From Mytilus californianus (taxonomy: Eukaryota), in the NCBI RefSeq assembly GCF_021869535.1, contig NW_026262604.1, positions 43,090,001-43,154,000 on the forward strand: 64,000 nt of DNA, given 5' to 3'. The notes beneath the pieces were generated by a model that searched no databases, was not told where the DNA came from, and was given only the letters and a program-made list of their open reading frames with translations. The translations under genes and the position numbers were made by a program. Of the stretch, positions 34,946-47,360 are shown piece by piece. The stretch's first letter is position 1. The number at the start of each line of letters is the position of its first letter.

Positions 34946-37900
34946 GGACATAAAAATTCATCACAAGATGGACAAAATGAAATTGCGTCAATGTTTTTGT
35001 TGATTCGCAAACATGATTGACAAAGTTTACATGGTAGATCCATTTTTGATCAAAGTAATGATCCTGTAATTATACACTCGCTTTGATGAGTCTTTATAAT
35101 GACCGCATTTGTACTGTTACTGCTGGAAACTTCGATATTTTTCCGTATTAAAGAAACACTGTTTCAAAATTCAAGGTCCAGGTTAACAAATGACATTATA
35201 TGATTCACTTGTACAATGTTGTATTTTTAGTTTTATTGATTGGAATTTAAATCCAATGAAAAATCATTGATATTCAAATCATTGCGTAATAGTTTAATTG
35301 GTAGCATACAGATAATGTACATTTAAACTTCCTGACTTGGACGTTGTAAACATGAATTACTTTAAGAGTATTAAATCATTAACTTTAAAGGCTGATATTC
35401 AACATTAGATCAGGAAAATCAAATAAGGAAAATAATGTTAGTGAGATATTGGAAAACACATATACTGATGTTTCACATAATACTGTCTCAAATTACAATA
35501 TATATAGAGTATGTGATTCTGTAGGGATTAACTGTCAAATTCAGTTTTACGGAAAAAAAATCAAATATGGGTTGATGATGAGAGGGTTTCAACATACGAT
35601 TTAAAACATAGACGTGGATCTCGGACTAAATACGCGTTTTAAAATGTTCCGAAAAATCCCAACCAATAATGTGTTTCAATGCCAAATCATAAACCTTTTC
35701 ATATATTTTCTAGTAATCGTATATAGAATAACAATCAGACTAGTCCTTTTTGGAAGAAACATATGTCTGGCGTACACAATTTTAATCCTGGTATTCATGG
35801 TGAGTGTATATTCAATTTTTGACAGCTTATGCAAAATAAATTTTCTAGGGATATGTTGTTTAACAAGCCTTTTAACTTAGATAAGAACAGTGTCAACTAG
35901 TTAATCATTATCAAATTATAAATCGTGTACGAATTAGAGAAAACATAGTTATCTAAGTTAACATGCATTCAGTTAATGCGAGTACTCTTAGATCGGTATC
36001 ATGTGTCTTTTGCATTCATGTTTGTTGCTTCTTGTGCTGTGTGCCAATCTGACGGGTCAGCCATTTTCCCCGTCTTTTTATAGTTTATTCTTATGATGTG
36101 ATGTTTCACAAGGGTTTCGGGAAGGTTTGATGGTCACAACCATTTCAACCCACCATATTATATATTTGCCTGTAATTCAGTGAGTGTCCTGGGTTGCGTT
36201 TATCAAATATGTATTTCATCTATTGTAATGTTTTCAATGATGCGGTGTTATTATTTAAGTGTTGTCACATTTTGTCACGTCGGGGCCTTTTATAACTCAA
36301 TATCCGGTATCGGGTTAAGTCAATGCTGAAGGTCGTACGGTGACCTGCAGTTGCTTACATCCACGGCAGTTGGTCTCTGATAGAAAGATGCCTCATTGTC
36401 AACCATATCAAATTTCCTTATTTTAACGGCACTTCTGGTATTTGAATAAGAAGAGACCCCATGCAATACACAATGCATGTAATCGCTTAACAGTTCAAAC
36501 ATGATAGAAAGTACGCCATCTATGTAACCATCCACATTATTTACAAAGATTGCAGATATACAAAGACATTATATAAAACATACTAATAACTCCTGCTGTA
36601 TCTAAAAAGTGAAATCACAAAAATACTGAACTCCGAGGAAAATTCAAAAAGGAAAGTCCCTAATCAAATGGCAAATCAAAGCTCAAACACATCAAACGAA
36701 TGGATAACAACTGTCATATTCTAAAATAGTATCAGAGTTTATACATCATCCTTTTACATGTAGCATGTAATTACCAGCATGTCTTTCTGTCAGTAATAAC
36801 GGTCAATTGAACCTTGGTGTATTTTTTTTCAGACAACATGCTTTTCAAAAAAGGAACTTGCTGTACAGATGAAAGTTAAAGATAACATACATGTGGAACT
36901 GCCTGGTCGAATAATTGCCGCCTTGCACGTCAATAATTTATCAGCTCAGTTCTTGAGCTTATTGATTTTGTTAAATTGAACCAAACTGACACCGAGTAAT
37001 TAATTACGATTCCATTTTTGTATAATCATGATAATTATGTTTGAGGCAAAATAAAACATAACTTATATTGTGAAAATTGCAGCTACGTGTAATGTCCATT
37101 TAACAAATCTGAGTTCCATGTGTTAATTAAATAAAGGTAAATGTCTATAAAAATTGTTTAGTAGCAGGATTGAATTTTTTATTCCTACAAAACTTTTATG
37201 TTATTTATAAATGTACCTTTACTGATTCAGGTTTGGTAATACTTTTATTTTGTAATTTTCTTTTTATCCCTTATGCATATATATAAACTAAACGAAAACA
37301 TTATCAATTAATACATTTCAAACTGATCAGTCTAAAACGAACTGACAATGACATGGCAACATAACTCTTTTAAAGAACTTTAGTCTTATTGGAGGGTTGT
37401 CTCATTAGTAATCATACCACATCTCATATCAAATAAAATAACAGACATTGTCACACATAATTGTATTATAATTAAAAGATAACAAACAAACTATAAATTA
37501 TAAAATTTAGTCTTGTAAAAGAACTGAAATCTATTACTTAAATTCGAGTGGAACAAAATACCAACAACGTATTCAAAACTGAATTGCATGTGTGTATGTT
37601 TTCTGGTTGAAGACCTTTGAAATCGATACACATTATTTTGGTTAATGTCTCTTTGTTAATTATGGTATCTTATATTGTTATCATCGTCATTACTTCATCA
37701 TATTTATGTTTAAAGTAAACGATTATTTTCTCATTCAAACTGTGTGAATGATCGACCAACGTCCGTTTTCAAAGACAAAGAAACTGTGAAATGTCTATCA
37801 TCTCTTCACGATAAGTATGTTGTTGTTCCTGTAGACAAAGCTTCAAATAATATTGTCTTTGTGTGTAAATCGTACTACTACCTACGAGTGTCTTGTAAAA

Positions 37901-39460
37901 GAATTAGGAATAAATGAGCACTCAGGTAATCCCACTTACAAAACATATCATTTGACAAGGATGAAATTTTGGCGAATCATAAGTCCTTCATGGCTTCAAT
38001 GAACATTACATTGAACGGCAAATCGGAGGACTTACCTTGTTTGTATTGGATACCTAAGCTTCACAAAATTCCGCACAAACAACGGTACATTTCCGGCTCA
38101 TCTGCATGCTCTAGAAAGGAATTATCCATACGATTGACAAAAATTCTGTTCGCAGTGAAAGAGGGTCTTTAGAAATACTGTGAAGTTGTTTACACCCGTA
38201 GTGGTATTAACCATATGTGTATTCTAAAAAATACAACGAAGAACGTCTGCATAATTTTAAATCTCGATCATTCTCGGAAAAAAGTTCTATCAAAACTTTT
38301 GATTTTTTAACCCTGTATACCACCATTCCCTATGTAAAATTGACAAATCGTCTAAAAGAAACAATCCACATACTTTTCAACATACAGATGGTAGCATACG
38401 CTATAAATTTATTACTTTGGGATACCATATGGCATGTTTTGTTAATAGTGAACAAAAAGGTAAAACATGCTACACAAAGGACCAAGATATCAGAGTGCTG
38501 GAGTTTCTTATTGACAACATATTTTTTGAATTTGGAGGTAGACATTTTCATCAAATTGTCGGCATTCAAATAAAACAAACTGTGCTCCTCTCCCTGTCGT
38601 CCTCTTCTTATTTTCATACGAGTCGGAGTTTCTACAGACACTTGTCAAAAACAAGAAAACCAAAGAAGCAAGATCATTTAATTTCACATTCAGATATATT
38701 GATGATATTCTTTCCATTAACAATCTAAACTTTTCTGATTGGGTTCCTTTAATATATCCTCCAGAACTAGAAATTAAAGAAACAACAGACACGGCGTCTT
38801 CTGCATCATTTTTAGACTTATATCTCGAATTTGACATAAACGGTCATCTCAGTACCATAATCTATGACAAAAGAGACGATTTTAATTTGAAATTATCAAT
38901 TTCTCCCACCTTAGTAGCAATATACCAACCTCACCTGCATATGGGATATACATTTCCCAACTCATTATGTATCCAGAGCTTGCAGCTGCTACTCAGACTT
39001 TGAAAACCTTGTTGCTTAATATTCCAAACTTTACAAATAATACACGATGGTCTTGAAGTTTAGATTCTAGGGACTGACGTTGTTTATCATCTAAATTACG
39101 TGTTAGAGCTTTTTTATATGTCTTTGTAAAGTATTGCTTTTACTGTTTGGTCTATTTTTGGTAATATCCATTTGACATGGCTCGGTACTTATACATCCCT
39201 TCATTGTATTATTGTGCTATGGTACATTTTTGTATTTTTGTCTTTCGTTTTTGCTAATGTGCTTTTTTTTACAGATGGGTGCAGTCCTAACCTGTACAAA
39301 AGTTAACGTGGTGCAGACTGCTTTCCAAGTTAACTTGAGAAATTTTAAGCAGACAAGCAAGTTAACTTCGTTGTTGCTAGACCAGGTCTAGGTCTGCTTT
39401 TTTAGGACTGCTGCAGACCTATCGACAAGTCTGCCGCAGACCTTACCTGAGGACAGGTCT

Positions 39461-42400
39461 GATTCAAGATTCAAGATTCAAGATTCAAAGTTTTATTTAG
39501 AGTCGATATTCCATAAACTACATAAACACAAGATCTAGTGAGCTTTTCAAATCGACTTAATAACAAAATACAATACACACATACAAAAGTCATGAAAACA
39601 ATACAATTTTAAACATATAATGCATAGTAAGATACCATAAATGACATATATAAATTAAAAGCATAGTACACTTAAAACATAGCACAAGTTAATAATAAGA
39701 TTGCACAAATCAAATAGTCAAAATAAGATAGACACAGGTATAACACTATATGCATGCACTGCACTGGCATGAGCTGTTACTTGGATCCCATGTTTGTACC
39801 AATTTTTTGAATTGGTCAAAAGATGTTTCCATTCGACAATGGTTCGGCAGCTCATTCCAGATTTGTGCAGCATTATGGCGAAACGATTTTAAGCCATACT
39901 TAGTATTTCAGACTCTTTGGAGTACTGCTGTTTCCTGTGATCTTAAATCATACTTGTTAATTTGTATATCAATCAAATCATGAAGGTAGCTCGGATTTTT
40001 TTTGTGAATTATTTTAAATGTTTCTATTGCGATTGTTTTTATTCTTCTTATTTTTAAAGATGGTAATTTAGATTTTTCTAGCAGTTTTTTGTATGGACTA
40101 TCATAATCTTCATAAATGAATCTAGGAGCTCTTTCTTGAATTTTTTCCATTTTAAAAGAATTTTTTTCGCTACAGTAGTGCCAAATTACTGGACAATAGT
40201 TAAAATTCGAAAGAATGAATGAGTAGTATACTGTTAACCTACCTAGCCTGTTTAAATATTTACGCATACGTTTTAGAATATTTAATTGTCTTGATGCCTT
40301 TTTACATATTTCACATATATGATTGTTAAAGTTTAAGTCCGAATCTATAGTTATTCCAAGAAGTTTAACATTTTCTTCACAATCAATTTTGTTTCCATTT
40401 AAATTAAATATCAAATTATGTTTATTTGTTTTTTTTCCAATGGCTAAAGCCTGGAATTTGTCAGGATTAGCCTTCATTAAATTTATAGAAAACCAGATTA
40501 TTAGATTTAAACTATCAGTTTCTAAACTTTCAACAACTCTATCTAAATCCTGATCACTATATGATACAGTGTTATCATCAGCATTAATATAAATGGTGCT
40601 GTTTTGTACAAAATGAAATATGTCATTTATGAAGACATTGAAAAGAACTGGACCAAGAATTGACCCTTGTGGTACACCTTTAAACATACGATCCCATTCA
40701 ATGTAAGAACTTCCAATTTTAATGCGTTGTTTTCTGTTTTCTAAATAACTTTTTAATAATTTTAGAGAATTTTTAGATAGACTGTATGCTTCCAATTTAA
40801 GTAAAAGTAAATCGTGCGGTAAACAATCAAATGCTTTACATAGATCCATCAAAATTGCAGCAATAAATTTGTTTTGGTCCAGAGCTTTTTCCAGTCTTCT
40901 ATTATTTTAATAAGTGCAGTTTCGCAACCAAAACCTGATCTAAATGCCGAAATAAGAGGATGGAAATGTTTATTTAAGAATTCCTGGAAGTTCTTACAGT
41001 GAATGGGATCGTATGTTTAAAGGTGTACCACAAGGGTCAATTCTTGGTCCAGTTCTTTTCAATGTCTTCATAAATGACAGATTTCATTTTGTACAAAACA
41101 GCACCATTTAAAATTATGCTGATGATAACACTGTATCATATAGTGATCATGTATAGCTCTTTCATAAATTTTGGAAATACATGGTAACACACTTATAGGT
41201 CTATAGTTTTCTTTATCAAGAGAGTAATTCTTTTTAAAAAGTGGGGATACCTGAGCAGCTTTAAGATTATCTGGAAAAATTGAGCTTTCAATTGATTTAT
41301 TAACTAAAATTTTAATGGGATTTGATATTACTGGCTGAAATAATGTCATATCCAGTAGCTTTACTTAATTTAACCTATTTATTTGTTTACTCACAAACTC
41401 TTCTGTTACAGGTTTAAAATTCAACTCATTATAATCAGTTTTAATTTCTTCAATTTTGATTATACTTGGGTGATTTCTGTCTATTTTTATGTTTTTATCT
41501 CCTATATCTTTAGCTACATTTATGAAAAATTTATTGAAAATTTCTGATACCTCTTTAGGATCACTGAGAATTTTATCATTTTCATATAAAATTATGTTAT
41601 TGTTTGATTTAATGCTTTTACTTGATAACAATGGTTTAATAGTGGAATAAAATGTTGTTGATTTTGGACCACCAGCAGTTCTTTCATAAAAATATGTTTT
41701 TATTGAGCTCTTTTTTTATTTTTGTCACAATATTTCTCTGTCTTCTGTACAACTCCCAGTTGGCATCACTTTTGTTTTTAAGAAATCTGTTATGGTACAT
41801 TCTTTTTTTTGTAAATTGCACTTCTTAGATCTTTATTCATAAAGGGTGCAGGTGATACTATTGATCTTCTTTTTTTCATTCGTATATGCTTGTCAATTAT
41901 GTTAACAAATTCAGATTGAAAATTTGAATACGCTTCATTGACATCATCAACTGACAGCAAATTATCAAAATTTACACAATTTAGTTCATGTACAAATTTT
42001 TCCTGATCAAAACTTTTAAAACTTCTGTAATTTATAAATACCTTTTTAATTTTAGGTACAAAACCTTTAAATGAAACGAAATTATGTTGTGATAATCACT
42101 GAGCCCACAATTAAAATTAGATATATTTTGACAAAAATTTGGTTTGTTTGTCAGGATAACATCAAGTAAAGTTGGTAATGCATTTTTTGTAAAACATGTA
42201 GCTTTTTTAACTATGTTTGTAAAATCAAAAACATCACACATATTTTTTAGAGGTATACACTTTTCTTCATCTAAACAATTGTAATTTAGATCACCAATAA
42301 TAATAACATTGTCATATTTATCAGATATTTTATCAAATGTTTTATTAAAGTCTTCAATAAATAAATTATCATTGAGGGATGGGGGTCTGTAAAGACCACA

Positions 42401-43391
42401 TATCAGCCACTTTCTGTCTTTAAGGTTTATTTCAGTAAAAAATGATTCAATTGTTTTACATTCAAGTTTGGTCTTCCTGTCACATGCTAAATCTGAGCGG
42501 ATGTAAACAAGGAGGCCTCCGCCTTTCGCTGTCCGATCTGCTCTCCAAAGGTGGTAACTGTCAATAAAGAATTCACCGTTTTTAAAGGTTTCATCGAGTT
42601 TGGTTTCTGCCACGATTATCATGTCAACTAGATTGTCATTTAACAAATCTTTTATTGAAGAGAATTTATTTCTAAAACTGTTGATGTTAAGATATGCTCA
42701 GTGAAAGTTATTGGGGTGTTTGATTCGTACACCTTTCAGCTCGTCAAATATGTTTTGCTCAACGTTCTCAATGTTGACATCGGAAATGTTGTTTACATTA
42801 ATCGACCCACATTCTGAACTTATAGATGTGTAACATGATGTTGATACTTTGAAGTACGAGTCTAGAAAATTTGGTAGTCGGTTTGTATAACCTTCACAGA
42901 AATAAAAGTCATCGCTTTTTGATAGTATGTTGTACTCCTGTACAGATAAATTTGTACATTTTAAATGAGTCCATAAGTCACAGAAATCGCATTGTATCGT
43001 TTTCTGATTACATTTTACCGGCTTATTACAATCGGTACATGGATGTTTAATTGGACTTGGATTATGATGAATATCACCGCTAAGTAAAATTGATAAAATA
43101 AGAAAATACTGAGATGGATTTTGTACTTTTCGTTGTATCGTAGTAGTTGTTGTTGGTCGGCCATATTGAGAAGTCGAGTTCACTCGGACTGTTGGGAAAA
43201 GTTTTTCGATGGCAAAATTGTATTTACCTAAATTTGTTATGTTTGAACACGAATAATAGCCAAGATTTTCTGGCAGTTCATGTTTAAAACCAATTTTGTA
43301 ATCACTAGTTGGTGTTAGACGTATAAATATTCCAAATAATACAAGAGCCAATGTCAGTCCATCTTGACCGGCCGCCATCTTTTTCAGTTTA
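39461..43391 (-). mobile_element. Near full-length CR1/L2-group LINE (single ORF: PHD-APE-RT), decayed
   Basis: PHD finger, YLNINS/AETKLD/GDLN endonuclease, RPISVLP, MDLCKAFD and GVPQGSILGP RT motifs, (TTGAATC)n tail. TSD ACCTGAGGACAGGTCT(G) at 39445 and 43392. Confidence 0.93.
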
Positions 43392-44289
43392 ACCTGAGGA
43401 CAGGTCTGGTCTGGAGCAGACCTGTGGACAGGTTTGCTAATGACCAGACCTATGGACAGGTCTGCTTATGAGACAGATAACCGCGTTTAAGACTTTTCAT
43501 TTTACACCTGAGCTTTTACTATGTAAACAATAATCGCATTGTTTTTCCCCCAGTATAGCAAATAACTATACTCGTTAGACTCTGTATAGATATTATACAC
43601 ATTAATTATTTCCTTTTTTCATTTTATATTCTTTTATACATTAAACAATTGGTAAAAAGTTACACAGTTGTGATCACATGCAGCTATCATAAATGAAAAG
43701 ACAGTTTTGTTTCAATAAGGAGGAGGATAGAAAGGTTATCCAACGCATCGGAACAATATTTATATTAAACATCATTTTTTACGTTGCTTCGTTCTCCATT
43801 TTTTACAGTTTCTTCCTTAATAAATAAAACTCTATGCATTACATGAATTTTTCATCGTTATTCACCTTGTTTGCCTTGGATTTAATATTCTGTTTTCAAC
43901 AAAATGTTCAAACGAAAATTGTACAGTGTCTGGATATATAAGGTGTTGTATTATTATGAACTATCTCGTCAATTTAGACAGATTTATCTCTACCGATTAT
44001 AAATGATATCTTGGACGTCCGAAAAAAATGTACTCGTTGTGAACATGAATGAAATATTTGCCATGCACTTGACGTTTAGCTACCAACAAAATCAATCAAA
44101 CGACATAATATACTAACAGTATACCATTCCCATAAGAGAACTTCTCATACTCTTGATTATAAAGTATTTATTAAAATTAAATCAGTCATGTTAGTGTTGG
44201 ATGATGTGGTCAAATATGTCTGTTTTACAAACCATCCTGAACTACTGACTTTAGTGACAATTCAATATTATGAATACAGAGATGAAGTG

Positions 44290-45130
44290 ATTACACTCTA
44301 AATTGATGCAGTCAAGATTTTGTAGTCATTGTGTTTCAATATTGCTGTCATTTGTATTATGCAATCCATCCTGACCTAAAAATATAACGGATTTATTATG
44401 CCGCTTTATAGATTTACATTATAAAGTGCAAATATGGTCAGTTTTGGTTGAAGCGGTCAAATACTTTTGTTATACGAGCAAGCCTGGGATATCAAAACTA
44501 CTAAATTTTTATAGCGTATCAATATATTGAATGAAAAGAGGACATGCTGGCATTATAAATTGATGCGGACAAACATTTTGTAGTTTTTGTGTTCCAATAT
44601 TGCTGTCATTTTTGTATTATACAATCCATACTGACATACAAATATTACTGATGTATGATGTGGCTTTATAGATTTACATAATAAAGTGTAACTATGGTCA
44701 GTTTTGGTTGATGCAGTCAATAATTTAGTTATACAAGCCAGCCTGACATGCCTGAGGTATTAAAACTACTGAAATATTGTTGTCATTTGTATTATACAAT
44801 CTATCCTGACATAAAAATATATCTGATTTTTTTATGTGGCTATATAAATTAACACAATAAAGAGCAAATATGGCATTATGGTTAGTTTTTGTTGCTGCAG
44901 ACAAATAATTTTGACATGCTGGCACTCTAAATTGGTGCGGGAAAATATTGTAGTCATTGTGCTCAAATATTGCTGTTATTTGTATAATACAATCCATCCT
45001 GACATAAAAATATTACTGATTAACTATGCGGCTTTATAGATTTACATAAGAAAGTGCAAATATGGTCAGTTTTGATTGATGCAGTCAAATAATTTTGTAA
45101 TATTTGAGACAGTCTGAGATGCGAAAACTG
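44290..45130. repeat. Satellite-like array, about 4 imperfect units of 180-260 bp
   Basis: TATTGCTGTCATTTGTATTATACAATCCATCCTGAC and GGCTTTATAGATTTACAT recur. Confidence 0.8.
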
Positions 45131-47084
45131 CTGATTTTGTGTGATGCTTCAATTATGTAAATAAAAAAGGACATGTTTGCACTGTTGATTGGTATAGAAA
45201 AATAATTTAGTAAGCTGACCATCAAAATAATAAATATCAGTAACTGTACACCAATATTGTTTACACTTATCCCGATTATTTTATACGATCTAAGTACTAT
45301 TCGTTATTGGCATTGTTAATCGATTTTATCTGATAACCAAGTTTATAAGATTAATGCTACATTTTAAAACCGATCAGAACATATAACATTTTTATAATGT
45401 AAATGTATATCCGACCTACAGAATTTGATATTAATTGGAGTATATATTCAATGCTCGTTAGCATTGTTACCAATATCGTTTTTAATCTATAAAAAGGCAG
45501 ATCACGTAGAAATTTGTATAACAAGCAAAGTTTTACGCGTACTTCATTTACAAATACATGTATTAAATTTGTATTGCTTATATAATGCAAGTATTATATT
45601 GACTGTTTCTTCCATGTTTATATCAAGAAACAAAGACATTTAAAAATGTTATCAAAAAATCGATGTAGAGCGGTCCTGATTACAAGTTAACTAAGTGTTG
45701 AGCAGACCAGACAAAGGCTAACTTGAGATCAGGTCTGGTTCGATCGGAGTTGTTAAGATTAAAGTTAACTTATGGCAGCCAGGACTGGTTTCGAAGTAAA
45801 CTTATAATAGAAGCGGACCTGTATCCAAGTTAACTTATAATAGTAGCAGACATGTATCAAAGTTAACTGGTTTGGCAGTCATAAAAACAGTCCTAGGACC
45901 AAGTCCGCTTTTCAAGTTAACTTGAATGTGGTCTTAAGACTGGTCAGAGCAGTCCTAAATCCAGTCACAGGTTAACTTTGACCAGTCAAAATGACTGGTT
46001 GGCAAGTTAACTTGCGATACATTTAAGGACTGCACCCATCTGTGTATGCCTTTTTGTATTTCTTTGTTGACATATTTGTTTGTTTTTATAGTGTTTAAGA
46101 TTATAACACAATGTTGACTGCTGTACCCCTTATTTTGACATTTATACCTATTATGTCGGTTTGTTTTGTTCACACATTGTTGTCAGTATAATGGAATTTG
46201 TATGCGACTGTCATACAAGTGATAAGTTCAGCTAGCTATAGAACCAGGTTTAATCCACCATTTACCACTACATAGAAAATGCCTGTACCAAGTCAGGAAT
46301 ATGACAGTTTTTATCTATTCGTATGATGGATTTGAACGTTTGATTTTGCAATTTGTAGGGGCGTTCCATTTTGAATTTTCCTCGGATTTCGGTATTTTTG
46401 TTGTTTTACTTCTTTAGATGGAATCTGTATGGTTAATGTGCCTATTTCAGAACTTGAAAGTAATTGTTTATCATTAAATCTGTTATCTACTTTTCAAATG
46501 GTACAAACTGGAGAAAAAATAAGCTATTTTTGAAATGTCCTTCCATACTCATTTATGTTATATAATAGGTCATTTATTCATCCCTTAAATAACGCAAGTT
46601 GCAAAGGAACGATACTTATTATAATATTTCCTGCCATTATTTCTGAATAAGAACTAAATGTTCAAAATAAAGACATGATCAGAATTACCCTCCTGAATTT
46701 AAAATGCTTTCCAACTAATACCAAACTTAAAAATCAGTTATTTATATATGACTTGATTCACCTCGACACGTAACATTTACAAAGTAAAGTTTAAAAAAGA
46801 CATTAATATGATGTATATAAATATTAACAATGTTAAAAACAATCAGAGATTTATTTTGTCATTATTTTATTAAAAAATCATATAATCTCGATTAAGACAG
46901 GTGATCAATAGTTCGAATGTCATAAATGAGTCGCATTGTGAGATGGTACAATGACACATATTTAAACTTCCTGCTCAAAATATTTAAACAATGAGGAAGT
47001 TAATGATTTATATTTAAATATTAAATAATGTCATATAATCAGATTATATGATATTCATATTAACAAGGTTGAGTCTTTTATACC

Positions 47085-47360
47085 TATTACCGGGTGTGTA
47101 CTAACATCAGCAACACGACAGGTGCCACATGTGAAGCAGTATCTGCTTACCCTTCCGGAACACTTGAAATCACCCCCAGTTTTTGTTGCGGTTCGTGCTG
47201 CTCAGTCTTTAGTTTTCTATGTTGTGTTTTGTGTACTATTGTTTGTCTGTTTTTTTTCCTGTTTAAGCTTTAGTTTTCTGTGTTGTGTTTCGTGTACTAT
47301 TGTTTGTCTGTTTGTCGTTTGAGCCATGGCGTTGTCAGTTTATTTTCCACTTATGACTTT
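47085..47360 (+). mobile_element. 3'-tail-only copy of the first Penelope-like family
   Basis: ATTACCGGG...CAACACGACAGGTGCCACATGTG...GCTTACCCTTCCGGA...AGCCATGGCGTTGTCAGTTTATTTT matches 3665-3880. Confidence 0.85.

Larger units (their letters stand above)
39272..46042. mobile_element. Non-autonomous TIR element (Tc1/mariner-like CAG ends, TA target) hosting a LINE and a tandem array
   Basis: Perfect 17-bp TIR CAGATGGGTGCAGTCCT; subterminal AAGTTAACTT and AGACCT/AGGTCT repeats at both ends. Confidence 0.8.
37750..46395 (+). mobile_element. Second Penelope-like (Naiad-type) subfamily: RT at 37750-39010, tail split by nested insertions and resuming at 46043-46395
   Basis: DKASNNIVFVCK, LPCLYWIPKLHKIPHKQRYI, KTFDFLTLYT and FRYIDDIL motifs. 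The two tail halves join to match an uninterrupted copy at 52000-52620 (minus strand). Confidence 0.8.
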
